Shown here: positions 13,702 to 25,200 of the stretch, piece after piece
How positions within the stretch are numbered: position 1 is the first letter of the stretch
Layout of the letters: every line of letters begins with the position of its first letter
Assembly: GCF_001194135.2 (NCBI RefSeq)
Contig: NC_068998.1
Coordinates: 22,503,815 to 22,567,556, forward strand
Length of the DNA stretch: 63,742 nucleotides
From: Octopus bimaculoides
Lineage: Eukaryota
Direction: 5' to 3'
Notes under the pieces: generated by a model
Databases searched by the model: none
Told to the model about the DNA's origin: nothing
Seen by the model: the letters and a program-made list of their open reading frames with translations, nothing else
Program-made: the position numbers and the translations under genes

Positions 13702-14197
13702 AGCGTTTGGGTGATAATATACATTTGTGTGCCCGTTTGCTGGTCAGCATACTAGGTATGACATACAGGTGTCAGACGAAATTATACTAAAATATAATAA
13801 AATAGTTGGGGCAGTGGGTACTATACTTATTCACAATTCTGTTTGAGTCATTCTACAAAAATTCTCTAGCCCATTTTCCGACGTCTAAAATTGTTTTATT
13901 TGAGGCATTTTGCTTTACACACCACTTCTACATCATCTGTGACCGAATCTGGGGTGGGGGAGTTTCACATTACGCATTTATATATAGAACAACTCTTAAA
14001 CATTTTAAGTTTTAATAGAATTTTTCTATGGACGGAACCTTACAAATAAAGAATGTACAAAAAATGCGGTTTCGAAATTTCTTATGAAAAGTTCAACTGT
14101 ATTTCTGCCGATCATATTTGCTGTGAACCAATGCACACATGAGTAATATAAGCTCATGTTTAGTGGATGGAAAAGCTTTTTACTGTTGTTGCATGCC

Positions 14198-14199
<2 letters not shown>

Positions 14200-14276
<77 letters not shown>

Positions 14277-14306
14277 CAGTAGTAGTAGTAGTAGTAGTAG
14301 TAGTAG
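14200..14306. repeat. (AAT)n-(AGT)n compound microsatellite
   Basis: Seen directly. Confidence 0.95.
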
Positions 14307-14439
14307 TTGTGGTAAATGCATTAGACTTGCACAAAACCACTACAAGTTTTANNNNNNNNNNAGTAGTAGTAGTAGTAGTAGTAGTTGTGGTAAATGCATT
14401 AGACTTGCACAAAACCACTACAAGTTTTAGCGACAGTGC

Positions 14440-14986
14440 TAGATAGGAATCCGTGCGATAAGTGGGGGGGGGTCTAGAGAGAGGCAAGAAACTGGAGAGA
14501 CAGTGGCGGAGACGGAAATTAACAAAATCCTCAGGGATTTCCCAATTCAAACAGATCAGGTTGCTTGAGCATAATAGACCAGAACTGGTGGTGGACAAGG
14601 TGCATCTTCTACGCTATACAGTTGATGTTGCATTCCCTTTTGACCCACGGACAGTTACGAAGGAAGACGAAATGATAGATTGATACATCCCTCTTAAGTC
14701 CGAAATAGCTCGGCTATGGAAAATAAAAGTGGTGAAGAGAGTGCCAATTATATGTGGGTCCGTGGGAACAGCATTAGAAGTCACCAAGAGGAATAAAAGA
14801 AATTTGGAAAAGACTGCCTAGTAGAACTGCTACAAATTGTTTGCCGCCTTGGCACGGCCAGAATAATCAGGAAAGTATTAGAAGATTGAAAAGAATGGAT
14901 AGCATGGTACCGTAGGCTGCACGTAGCAAATCCGCTACGCATGTAAGGCTCCAGGATCTCTTACAAAACCTGTGATTAAGTGAAAA

Positions 14987-15051
<65 letters not shown>
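14440..15051 (+). mobile_element. R4/Dong-like non-LTR 3' fragment (RLE domain, 3'UTR, (TAA)n tail)
   Basis: KILxDFPIQTDQ..EHNRPELVVDK..VDVAFPFD..KSEIARLWK..VPII.G..LGTARIIRKVLED*, followed by a UTR and (TAA)n at 14988-15051. Confidence 0.8.
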
Positions 15052-15053
<2 letters not shown>

Positions 15054-15390
15054 ATGTATTCGCTTGGTTTAAAGAACGAGCTACAGGATATATTCTGCAC
15101 AATAACCACAAATCTGCTTGATCATAACTAGTTGAACATCTCAGATCACGGGCAAGAGTACTGAGGGAGTAACATAGCTCTGTGTGGAGAGGGATTGTTT
15201 GGGGTTTCAATAATTCACCCCTGGAAACATGTGTGCTTCTTCATCCAAAAACAGCTCTTATTCAGAGACATTTTGAACAGATGGGCTACTCCACCCGAAG
15301 GAAATTTTAATTGGGTTCCACGTTTGCTGTTTATTTCGTTACGAGGGCACCGTATCGCGCACATACCTGTGATGAATGTTGTACGATTAT
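15052..15390 (-). mobile_element. R4/Dong-like non-LTR 3' fragment, opposite orientation, strongly decayed
   Basis: The minus strand gives a degenerate RLE C-terminus and 3'UTR resembling the other copies, ending at the shared TAA/TTA array. Confidence 0.45.
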
Positions 15391-15399
15391 CAGACCGGT

Positions 15400-16020
15400 A
15401 ATAATGCTGGGCATTTTGAGGTCAGTGATGCTTTAAAAGAAAGCTGATAAGAAAGCCACGGACGATGTCGCGATCCAACAATTCTTATGTGTAGACAGGG
15501 TAACTCCGAACTCAAATGCGCCAGAATGAAGTTGACCAGCAGAATTAATATTTGCCAGAAAGGTGAAGTCTGTATTTGATAAACTGCTACCAGTGAAGAG
15601 GATAATACGTGCTAGTCAACACATGCCAAAATTCTTTATAATCGATGACATAGTAAATGTAAGAATGGACAAAAATGGCAAGCCATACTGGGAAGAAAGA
15701 GAAAGTGTTGTATACATAGGAAGAATGATGCATGGTGTAAGAAGCAGAAATTGATTGGAAAGAGACACAGAAACTAGCTTAAGGAAAGAGTCCTAGAAAA
15801 CGAACCAACGGGAGTAGATATATCGATGGATTAGCGATATGATACTTTTCAGGTTCCAAAACCGTTACAAGAAGTCGAAACCACACGTGCAAGGAAAAAG
15901 GAAGAGCACTGAATTCCTAAAAGTAGAACCTAAGATAAAAAGATATTGAGTATTAAAAAAGGAGGTGGTGGGGATGAGTAAAAGAAACTGATTGTTAAAT
16001 AAAATAATTAAAAAGGGAGA
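15400..16020 (+). mobile_element. Gypsy/Ty3 LTR retrotransposon 3' internal region (integrase C-terminus) and polypurine tract
   Basis: VAIQQFLCVDRVTPNSNAPE*S*PAELIFARKVKSVFDKLLP matches integrase FLxxYRxTP...SPAELxFGR. It is followed by GKPYWEE..IGRMM (GPY/F-like), a basic tail, and PPT AAAAAGGGAGA at 16010-16020. Confidence 0.75.
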
Positions 16021-16226
16021 TGTCGTATAGTGAAACTTTATACACCTCCCGGTAAAACGTTGTAGTGGCCAGCCAATATAAAAAGACCAGTTGGGAAATG
16101 GCCGAGAGTCGAAGAGTTGAGAGTCGACATTTCAGTGACAGTAAGACAGAGGTGATGTACGGAGAGATACAACGGTATCCGATGACTAGTAATTATTGTG
16201 GTTACTACCGTAAAACAGCAACTACA
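16021..16226 (+). mobile_element. Probable 3' LTR of the Gypsy element
   Basis: Begins TGTCGTATAG directly after the PPT, contains a TATAAAA box, and has a plausible end at ...ACTACA (TG...CA). The right end is inferred. Confidence 0.5.
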
Positions 16227-16395
16227 TTAGAACGGCAGTCACACATCACACCAGTAGGAAGAACCCACTTTGCAATATTATGCTACATGAATAATGTCAA
16301 GAAACCGCTGGAATACTAAGGAAGTGGTTAAATAAATCTATACTTAGCCGGCATATCTCCTTATATATATAGTGTGTATGTGTGTTGTGTGTGTG

Positions 16396-16399
<4 letters not shown>

Positions 16400-16452
<53 letters not shown>

Positions 16453-16515
16453 AAGTTAGAGAGAGAGAGAGCGAGAGAGAGAGAGCGAGAGAGAGAGAGC
16501 GAGAGAGAGAGAGAA
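16400..16515. repeat. (TG)n-(AG)n microsatellite
   Basis: Seen directly. Confidence 0.95.
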
Positions 16516-17201
16516 ACATGTAATTTATTTATTTTACATTTCTAGAAATTTATATTATGTGCATTCTGTTATCCACGCAGTAATATTTTTCGTATTTAAA
16601 TCTGTTTCTTTTTTTACCTGGAAATTTAGATGTGTGCTGCGATGCGAAATAGTCCGGTGACAGGCAAACGTATCTTTTTTAAAATACGAAAAATATCATT
16701 TGCTATTATCACTAAAAACGTACTTTCGAAATTTAAAAGTTCGACAATGTGAATGCGAACAACAGTGTTGGAATGTAGAAATAGAAACTTGAAGAGCTTC
16801 GATCAATATTTAGAGGTAATAGCAGAGCAGAATGAAATATTTACAACAATATGGAGAAATAAAGCAGCTGTATATCATTTAAAATTTATGCAGAAATGTC
16901 TTTTGTTGGAAAATATAGCTTTATATCTCTGATAGAGAAGAATTATATCTTTGGAAATATGATTGATATAGATCCACTCGTGTCATTCCGCTGGAGAGAC
17001 GAAATAGGAAACATAATCTTTAGAAATAATAAATACAAACATATAATTCAATTTACTGCAAAGTATTGCCAGTGACTGCATTGTAGAATTGTTTATTTAC
17101 TCAGTTCACACATATGAGATTCGCATAGATAAACAATTAAAACGTTTATTAAATTGATTACGCATTCAGAAATAGCAGGCGTGGAGAAATATATAACGAT
17201 G

Positions 17202-17204
<3 letters not shown>

Positions 17205-17258
<54 letters not shown>

Positions 17259-17430
17259 GTTAATGATGATGATGATAATGATGATGATGATAATGATGAT
17301 GATGATGGTGGTGGTGGTGGTGGTGGTGGTGGTGGTGGTGGCGATGGTAGTGGTGGTGGTGGTGGTAGTGATCTTGTTGGTTGTGGTGATGATGATGATG
17401 ATTATGATTGATGATGATAATGTTGATGAT
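17205..17430. repeat. (GAT)n/(GGT)n compound microsatellite
   Basis: Seen directly. Confidence 0.95.
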
Positions 17431-18144
17431 CATCGATGATCATGTCGACGACGGGATAACAATTATGACAATTATGACAATAGTAATGACGATGATAATT
17501 TCAAGGATGGTGTTCAACTCAAATGATTTGAACGTTACTATCGAACGTTATATAGAAATGTTTTAAGTTACAAATTTGAACTAAATAAACTCACAATCAT
17601 TAAATTTCTAAGGGAGAGGCTATCTTGAAGTAGCGCCTTTTATATTACGTGGAAAATACTACGTTATATAAAAACAGATTTAATTTTTTTATATTTTTGA
17701 AAACACTCTCTGGTGTCAAGACTGGCATTCTTCATTTTCCCTAGAAAAACTTGATTAATCTCACCAAAATACCCATACGAAATAAAAATTATTGTTACAA
17801 TGCGGTGGTGTATCTGCACCTATTACGGTGCTGTGGCCGCATAAAAAATCATCCTCGACTCTTGGGTGACAACAACTCTCCCTGTTTTACCATTAACATC
17901 GTGATGTTATTATCAGTCTGAATATGCTAGATGCACGTTTGAACTGGAAAACAAGCAACTCACTGCGTTTTGTCACGGAGAAAATATCTCGCTTGTTGAC
18001 TGCTTAGCGCCCTCTATCACTCTCTCTCTCTGTAATTCACTTAGGTTGTGCCACCTGTATAGCCCTACTAGTCTCCGTACGGTGACTAGAAAAGCATAAG
18101 AAAGGCAATCTCTTCAATCAGTTCGTAGCGTCGTCTGGGAGGTG

Positions 18145-18195
18145 TCTGTAACCGATGAGGAGATAACTGCTCCGAAATGCTAGCATCTCACTGTC
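18145..18195 (+). ncRNA. Minimal type-I hammerhead-like motif with palindromic stem III
   Basis: CTGTAA-CCGATGA-GGAG(ATAACTG)CTCC-GAAA-TGCTAGCA-TC-TCACTG has canonical spacing, an AUC triplet and the palindrome UGCUAGCA. The U4 position is C and stem I is imperfect. Confidence 0.45.
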
Positions 18196-18700
18196 TAGGT
18201 ATGTAGCGCTACGAGTACACGCCTCTCTGTAAGATGAAACAATAAAAATAAAGATGTCAAGTTAATATGAGGCCATTGAAAGTATATTACATTTTAACGA
18301 TATTGGAATGATTCTTGTTTGAAGGTGTCTGAAGTGAGACATATTTAAATTGCACATGCCAACTGCATATCAGTAAGTAAACCATTCTGTTTTCATTATA
18401 CAGGGAAAATGTGATATACGTACTTATATCTGAAGTAAGAAGAAATATTGACGGAAAATAATCTTGACATTAGAAAATAAACGTGTGTTAGACTAAGATT
18501 TCTAGCAAAAATGTTACATTTAATCAATTGCTGTGTTGCTATAGTTTACCGAATAAAAAAAAGGAAATTTCGCTTCCTATATTACATACACATTTCATCC
18601 AAAGTTTTGCTTCATTATATATTGTGTCTTTTCAACATTTTCTACCACCCTCTGTACAACAGCCTCTCCCACTATCTCAATTATTGCAAACACACTGGAA

Positions 18701-18975
18701 TACGAGGGCTGATCAATAAGTATCGTGATTGATACCATAATAACGAAGCTAAAGCACGCAGAGTAAAGCCGCTAGGGATAGATTGACATTGAACTTGCCT
18801 GTGCATACACACTAAGCATTCTAGCTCATTTCCGCTGTTTACAGCAGTGCTACAAAGGAACGTGTGTAGCGTGTGATCATCGTATTGAACATAACAGAGA
18901 AAGTTGAGCAGAGAAATTATATCACATTTTGCAAAAATCTTGGCGTTACCTGCTTAGAAGTCTATGCATAGTTTT
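18701..18975 (+). mobile_element. Mariner 5' end (TIR, 5'UTR, transposase N-terminus)
   Basis: Starts TACGAGGGCTGATCAATAAGTAT (mariner-type TIR after TA), then decayed xTEKVEQRNYITFCKNLGVTCLEVYA. Confidence 0.8.
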
Positions 18976-19607
18976 TAAAAAGACTTCATCGTTATCGATA
19001 CACTCAAGGATATCTTGTGCAACCCGAGTGCCTTTTAGTTATCTGAAAGCAGTTTTGGGACAGACTTGGCATACACATGTCTCATATCCAAATCTTCAGG
19101 GATACTGAACTGAACTGAGCTGTAACCATTCTGCAAAACATGTGATAACCAATCAGCACAAACTGTGATAACCCATGGGTGGTACTTCGACGATATGCAC
19201 TCAGAGCTGCACGCACATCTGCGACATTGTTTTCACTTCTGATGCTTGCGGGTCTCCCAAAACGTTCCTCAATATCGACTATCTGTTTTTCAGCTAACTT
19301 GGAAACATCTGGGCTACTCGTACACTAGTGTTCACCACATGCACTCCTCTCCATACACTTTTTGCAACTTTGCATAGGCGTCTGAGAATGTATCGCCATG
19401 AAAACTTTCTCTTCCAAGATTAATGCAATGATCACATGCTACAGGCCTTTATTACAAGCAGTGCTGCAACGAACGGAAGTGAGATGGAATGTTAAAACTT
19501 TGTGGGCTTGAACAATAGAGCCCAAGGTCAATCTGTGCCAAGCGGCTTTACTCTGGGTGCTTCAGCTTCTTTACGACGGCTACAGTCCGGATACTTGTTG
19601 ATCTATT

Positions 19608-19613
<6 letters not shown>
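18960..19613 (-). mobile_element. Mariner 5' half, inverted relative to 18701-18975
   Basis: Minus strand gives a TIR-like end, a homologous 5'UTR, then GDTFSDAYAKLQKVYGEECM...GRP...DLDMRHVYAKSVPKLLSD...DNDEVFLKT. It abuts (TA)n at 19613. Confidence 0.8.
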
Positions 19614-19682
<69 letters not shown>

Positions 19683-19744
19683 CAAAATAAGATAACAAAA
19701 CCAAGGCTGCGAGGAGTGTTTATAAGGAAAGAGATATAGATATA

Positions 19745-19792
19745 GACTTACAGCTCTTTCTGGGATATTATGGACGTCCCCTCATCAGAGAC
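19745..19792 (-). ncRNA. Minimal hammerhead-like motif (family copy 2)
   Basis: Minus strand reads GTCT-CTGATGA-GGGGA...TCCCA-GAAA-GAGCTG-TA-AGTC. Flanks (CTCACAxCGTCT upstream; AGCCTTxGxTTT...ATCT downstream) match the 9055-9102 copy. Confidence 0.45.
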
Positions 19793-20674
19793 GATGTGAG
19801 ATGGCTAAATAGATAGAAATATTTGAATTCTAAATAAGGAATTATTATGGAAAGTAGATAGGGAACATAGAGGGAAATAAGAGAATGAAAGTAGAAATAA
19901 AATATAAGATATTGTAGCTGCAGTTCTATTATTCGAATAAAGTGGTGTATAGAAGTGGTAAAAAAGTTTCCTGCACATGGTATGCAAGTTCAAATAGCAT
20001 TTTATGTTTAGTCATTTCAAAGTATAGAGCCGTGGATTCAGTGTTGCTCATTCGAAGGGGTTTTGTGATGTGAATGAAAATTTGAGAATGCACTGGTAGT
20101 ATTTTGAGAGAGAGTGGGGAGAGATATGTTTGATTAGAATGAGGAGACAGGAAGAGAGGATGAGAGGACGAACGAGACAAAAAGAAAAAGGACAAGCAGA
20201 AAAAGTGAAATGAATGAAAAAGTGAAGAAGCGTGAAAGAAATAGGAAAAGGAGTGTTAGTTTGTTGTCAGCATAATGTGAGGAGAGGATGGGGGTGGAGT
20301 GGGGGAAGGGCAGATAGGAAGGGATGAGAAGGTAAGAAGTGAATAAGTGTGTGATATATGAGTAGGAGCTGCATTAGGGGCTGGGTAGAGAAATGGTATG
20401 GGTGGGGTGATACCAAAGTGAGTAGTAGTTTTAGTAGTACAATTTAAAGTGGTGGGAAGAATACAAGGATGTCAATTTTCTATAAAGAGACGTATGTGAT
20501 AGGTTTGTGTGATAGGTAGTAATCAGAGAGGAGGAGTGAAAGTATAATGACATACGTACGCAAGCACACACGTATATATACATGTGCGCATATACATGCA
20601 AACATACATACATACACACACACACTAACGCACACACGCGCGCACACACACACAGACACACAGACACACAGACA

Positions 20675-20721
<47 letters not shown>

Positions 20722-21265
20722 CTATATATATATATATATATACATATACACAAACACAATATTAAAAATAAGAATACTTGGAAGAGGATGTGTGGTGTTG
20801 TATCATAAAATAATATAAACAATATATATATATGCATATATATATATATACGCATATGTACATACTTAGACCTATATGTANNNNNNNNNNNNNNNNNNNN
20901 NNNNNNNNNNNNNNNNNNNNNNNNNNNNNNNNNNNNNNNNNNNNNNNNNNNNNNNNNNNNNNNNNNNNNNNNNNNNNNNNNNNNNNNNNNNNNNNNNNNN
21001 NNNNNNNNNNNNNNNNNNNNNNNNNNNNNNNNNNNNNNNNNNNNNNNNNNNNNNNNNNNNNNNNNNNNNNNNNNNNNNNNNNNNNNNNNNNNNNNNNNNN
21101 NNNNNNNNNNNNNNNNNNNNNNNNNNNNNNNNNNNNNNNNNNNNNNNNNNNNNNNNNNNNNNNNNNNNNNNNNNNNNNNNNNNNNNNNNNNNNNNNNNNN
21201 NNNNNNNNNNNNNNNNNNNNNNNNNNNNNNNNNNNNNNNNNNNNNNNNNNNNNNNNNNNNNNNNN

Positions 21266-21308
<43 letters not shown>

Positions 21309-22064
21309 TCATATAAACGCACACAAACATGCATATCTACGTATGCGTATGCATTCACATTCATCTATGCACGCGCACTCATATATACCTCCTGATATGC
21401 GTCCATTGGGATATTGTTCTCAGTCCCTGCATGAGGTATGTTTTCGATTAGAATGTTTAGCAGTGGATATCTCGAATTCTCTGCAGTGATTAAGTTATTC
21501 TATACGCTAAACTGAATATCGGTCTATCGTTAAAACATTAGTTCAATATTATAAAAGTTGTGCTCATTTTTATATCACCGACATAGATTTTAGATATCAG
21601 ACGAATAAATGTGAGAAATTTCCGGGTGACAAATTATACTCTTGGTATATCTAAAATTAGTAAATAAGTTGAAAACAGATATCATTGTGAAATCCATGTC
21701 ATAAATATTTATATAAAGAAATAACATAAATTTAATACAAAATTTAAGACATGAGCATGAAGTGAGAATTTTCATACTGCACAATTTCTAGTTTTTTGAC
21801 GGAGAATCTCATAGAATATAAAATTTCAAGCATTCTTACTATCAACTGAAATTTTCGCCTGAAACGCTTCTCTGAAAATTGACGAATTTCCAAAATGAAA
21901 CCTAGAGACCATATTAATGTCACGCAACTCTCACATATTTCTATAGTTGCCATATTTCGAAGTGTGACAACAGAGAGGCATCTATGTATACAATATATTT
22001 TCATTAGTATTTAAAAAAAAAACCGGACACAACTCACATTTTAATTTGAACACAAAAGAACAGT

Positions 22065-22220
22065 GACTATATAGTTCGTCGGTTACATCGACTTGTGTGC
22101 TTAAGTGGAACTTATTTTATCGATCCTGAAATGGGTGAAAGGCACTGTCAACTTCGGGGGAATTTCAACTCACTACCTACAGACGTTAAACTTTTTGCCT
22201 GGCGCGCCGACGAATTTGCC
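22065..22220 (-). mobile_element. Second tRNA-derived SINE family, decayed
   Basis: Plus strand reads TCGGTTACATCGAC...ACTTATTTTATCGATCCTGAAA..GAAAGGCACTGTCAACTTCGGGGGAATTTCAACTCA. The reverse complement has a B-box-like GAGTTGAAATTCC. Related pieces lie at about 23515-23560 and 58265-58350. Confidence 0.6.
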
Positions 22221-25200
22221 ATCTTACCGATTTTAAGAAATATCGAAACTTGTTTGAATATAAGTGGTTAATACGACAATATTGCACCAGTAAATTTCAC
22301 CTGGAGCATAACATGTAATTAAAAAATGATATATTAATCACGCATACGTGAAATAAAATCCTAAAGGTAACTTTTACCTCATTACCGGTTTGGTGTAGAC
22401 TGTCGTGCTTAAAGTGCAATGGCAAAGGACACAATGTAGGTCTATACACAAAAATTACAATGTGTTTCGAATTCACTTAATATATATCTGCTGAATCACT
22501 ATTGAGTTGAGGTTACACATGTTCATATTAAATTTCTACAAATTATTTATATCTCACAATGAAGCAACCATACTTACGTTCAACGGAATCATTCTACTAT
22601 TTAGTCTAGGATAATAACAATTTTCACTCGCCGCATACTATAAATATAATAGCTATGTTTTGCAATGTCATAGTACAATGTGTGCTGGGCGACAGACTAT
22701 TGTCAGCAGACATACTTCATGGGTAATTATATAATCTACTTCGGGAGAGAAGGAAAGTCAAAAATGAGAGATTTCAACTTGTAAAATAATGCAACAGTAG
22801 TAAATACTCCATAATCTGTTTTGCCACATATACCAATTTCATAGACTATTCTATTGTCTGGCAAGAATTCCCGCTCATCCGTGTAGCATATTTCTAAAGA
22901 ATAGTTTGAAAATGCAATCCAGACAGATAGTAACAGTACAAAGTGATTATGGAATTGGTGATGGTAAATGGTGTGATTTCGTTTTATGTCAGGCATTAGC
23001 TCTAGATATTAACACACTATTAGATAATTTCATTAAAGTTTACCAAAATGAATCAACCCTCCCATAAATTTATGTTTTAATTTTTGTATTCAGCACATCA
23101 CATGATAATGATTGCAGGTTATAGTAACTAAAATAATTCTATCAATATTTGGTTATTGGTCCATTATCTTCCAAGGTTAATTAACTTTGTACTTTGATGA
23201 TATTGCAGTAATCAAATAAGTTTGAAAAAAAAAGTGTTATCACAAGCTTACAGCCAACATTGTACTGTACATTTTTAAACTTTACTACTTTATTTATATG
23301 TTGTTTTTGCTAATTAATTAATGGACTGCAATACGATGTGTACATTACTAATATTTCAAAATTCCCGTCATAGAAATAAAAGTTAATAATAGAAATTTTA
23401 CTATAAAATTATATTCGGTGGCAGTTAAATTAATACAGAATTTTCATGAATTTGTGTGATATTACCAAGAAAGAAGGATTACCTTTACAGAAATTTATAT
23501 TCACTACATATACTAGGAGAGGGGCTAGTCGAATACATGTACCCGAGTGCTCAGATTGACACAATTGTATGGACGCTAATGGACAGAGACACAAACAGAT
23601 TAACATGTAATATAATAACAACAGTTTGGCGCCAGTGCTGCTGCAGTTCAAGTATGTCTGGCGTAGGTCATCTAAGGAAGTCGTGGAAAGTAGGTCTGAT
23701 CGACTTTGTAAGCACATAAAGGAGTATCCATACGGTTATATACTTTTACCACTAATACTTAATTTAGTAGTGGAAAATTGTACTCAGTATATTTGTTGTA
23801 TGATTCACAAATATTTTGATGGCTTGTTATGTTGTTATATTCGGCTTCATGTAATAGTGCTAAGTGGAAAAATAGGAATCTTGATTCAGAGTTTCACATT
23901 TAAAGTGAATTGTCCAGCATTCAAACGATCTAGATGCAACCGGAGCTGATCAGGTACGTGTGCATAAATTAAATTTTAGACCACCAGCTTCCAATACACG
24001 CGTCTTATGACGGGCTACTGTATGATAAAGACTCCCGATAAACTTGACAGAACGCTACGTGACACATTAAAACTATCATTGACAGAAACAACAATAGAGA
24101 ACGGAAAAGACTGAGTTGGATAAAATGTGAACCAATATATGATAAGCCACCAGAATGACATGAACTGAATAACGTAAGCAGATAAAAAAGGAAAATACCA
24201 GTAGATCTCCCATTACCCTCAAAATTTCCTGCCAGTGTTTGGGGCATTTCTCAGGAGCACCACGGTCCCCTGACTCACAGATCTAGAAACGCTCCTATTT
24301 TGCTGCCCAGAAGTCTCGCATGGATAGGTGGTTGAGGTTTGTAAGCGTATGATGATGAACGAACCAAAATTCGGGCTGAGGTGCTATAGGGTGGGCAATG
24401 ACGTGAAGAATGTAATATAGTCGTACAATGAGTGTGGATACCAATTAGAATTTGATTTCTTGCAAAGTGAATATTAAATAAATATAAACCGAAATTGCTT
24501 CTTTATTTAATTACCTATTCCTTTATTTATCTTAATAGCAAACTATAGTTCAATAGTAAATATGGCAATTCATCCCATAAATTATAACTTAAGTACATTA
24601 TTCTTCATTGACAAACTTCCACTTTATATTATGTAGCTTTTTTCCCACGTTATTTTTCTCTTCCCGTCCTTCTTGTTATTTATTTTTCTCTGCAAACCAA
24701 ATTATTATTTCCGCTATCGAAGCCAACCTCATTAAAAGCAATTATTGGTAAATGCTGACGTATTGACACTTTTTATGACTTTATTTGAAAACTTGGATGG
24801 ACTCCCTCCTATTTCATAATTTTCACCTCTTCTCACTTCCCTTTCCTCACTTCCTGCCATACTGGATAGCTCTGTTTCCGTTACCTAGGCTTACTTCAAA
24901 GAACGCCGTTATTTGAAAATCTGACCAATCGATTTTGGTTTATATCTTCATTTTACATTTGATCAATTCAATATAAATTTTAGGGGTGTTAGTCTCTCCT
25001 ATATTAATATGTACGTATATTAAATATATTCTTACTTATTTAATTTTACTTACTCATTACTGTATTGGTTTAGTATTTGATTCAATCTCCATTATACCCT
25101 ATTGAACTTAATATACTTTTAAGCATGAGTATATGTATATATATATATTATACAATGCTTAATTTTAACATTAAAGTTATGTACTTCTACGTCCTTATAG

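Noticed and set aside
14290-14430. Repeated ~60-bp unit on both sides of a 10-N gap
   Set aside because: Identical copies across a nominal gap indicate an unmerged contig overlap, i.e. an assembly artefact.
22736-22996. 86-aa minus-strand ORF with a hydrophobic start
   Set aside because: It has no recognisable homology, and its length is within chance expectation.
23430-23719. Overlapping ORFs on both strands
   Set aside because: Part of the region (about 23515-23560) is a SINE fragment, and the peptides are unrecognisable.
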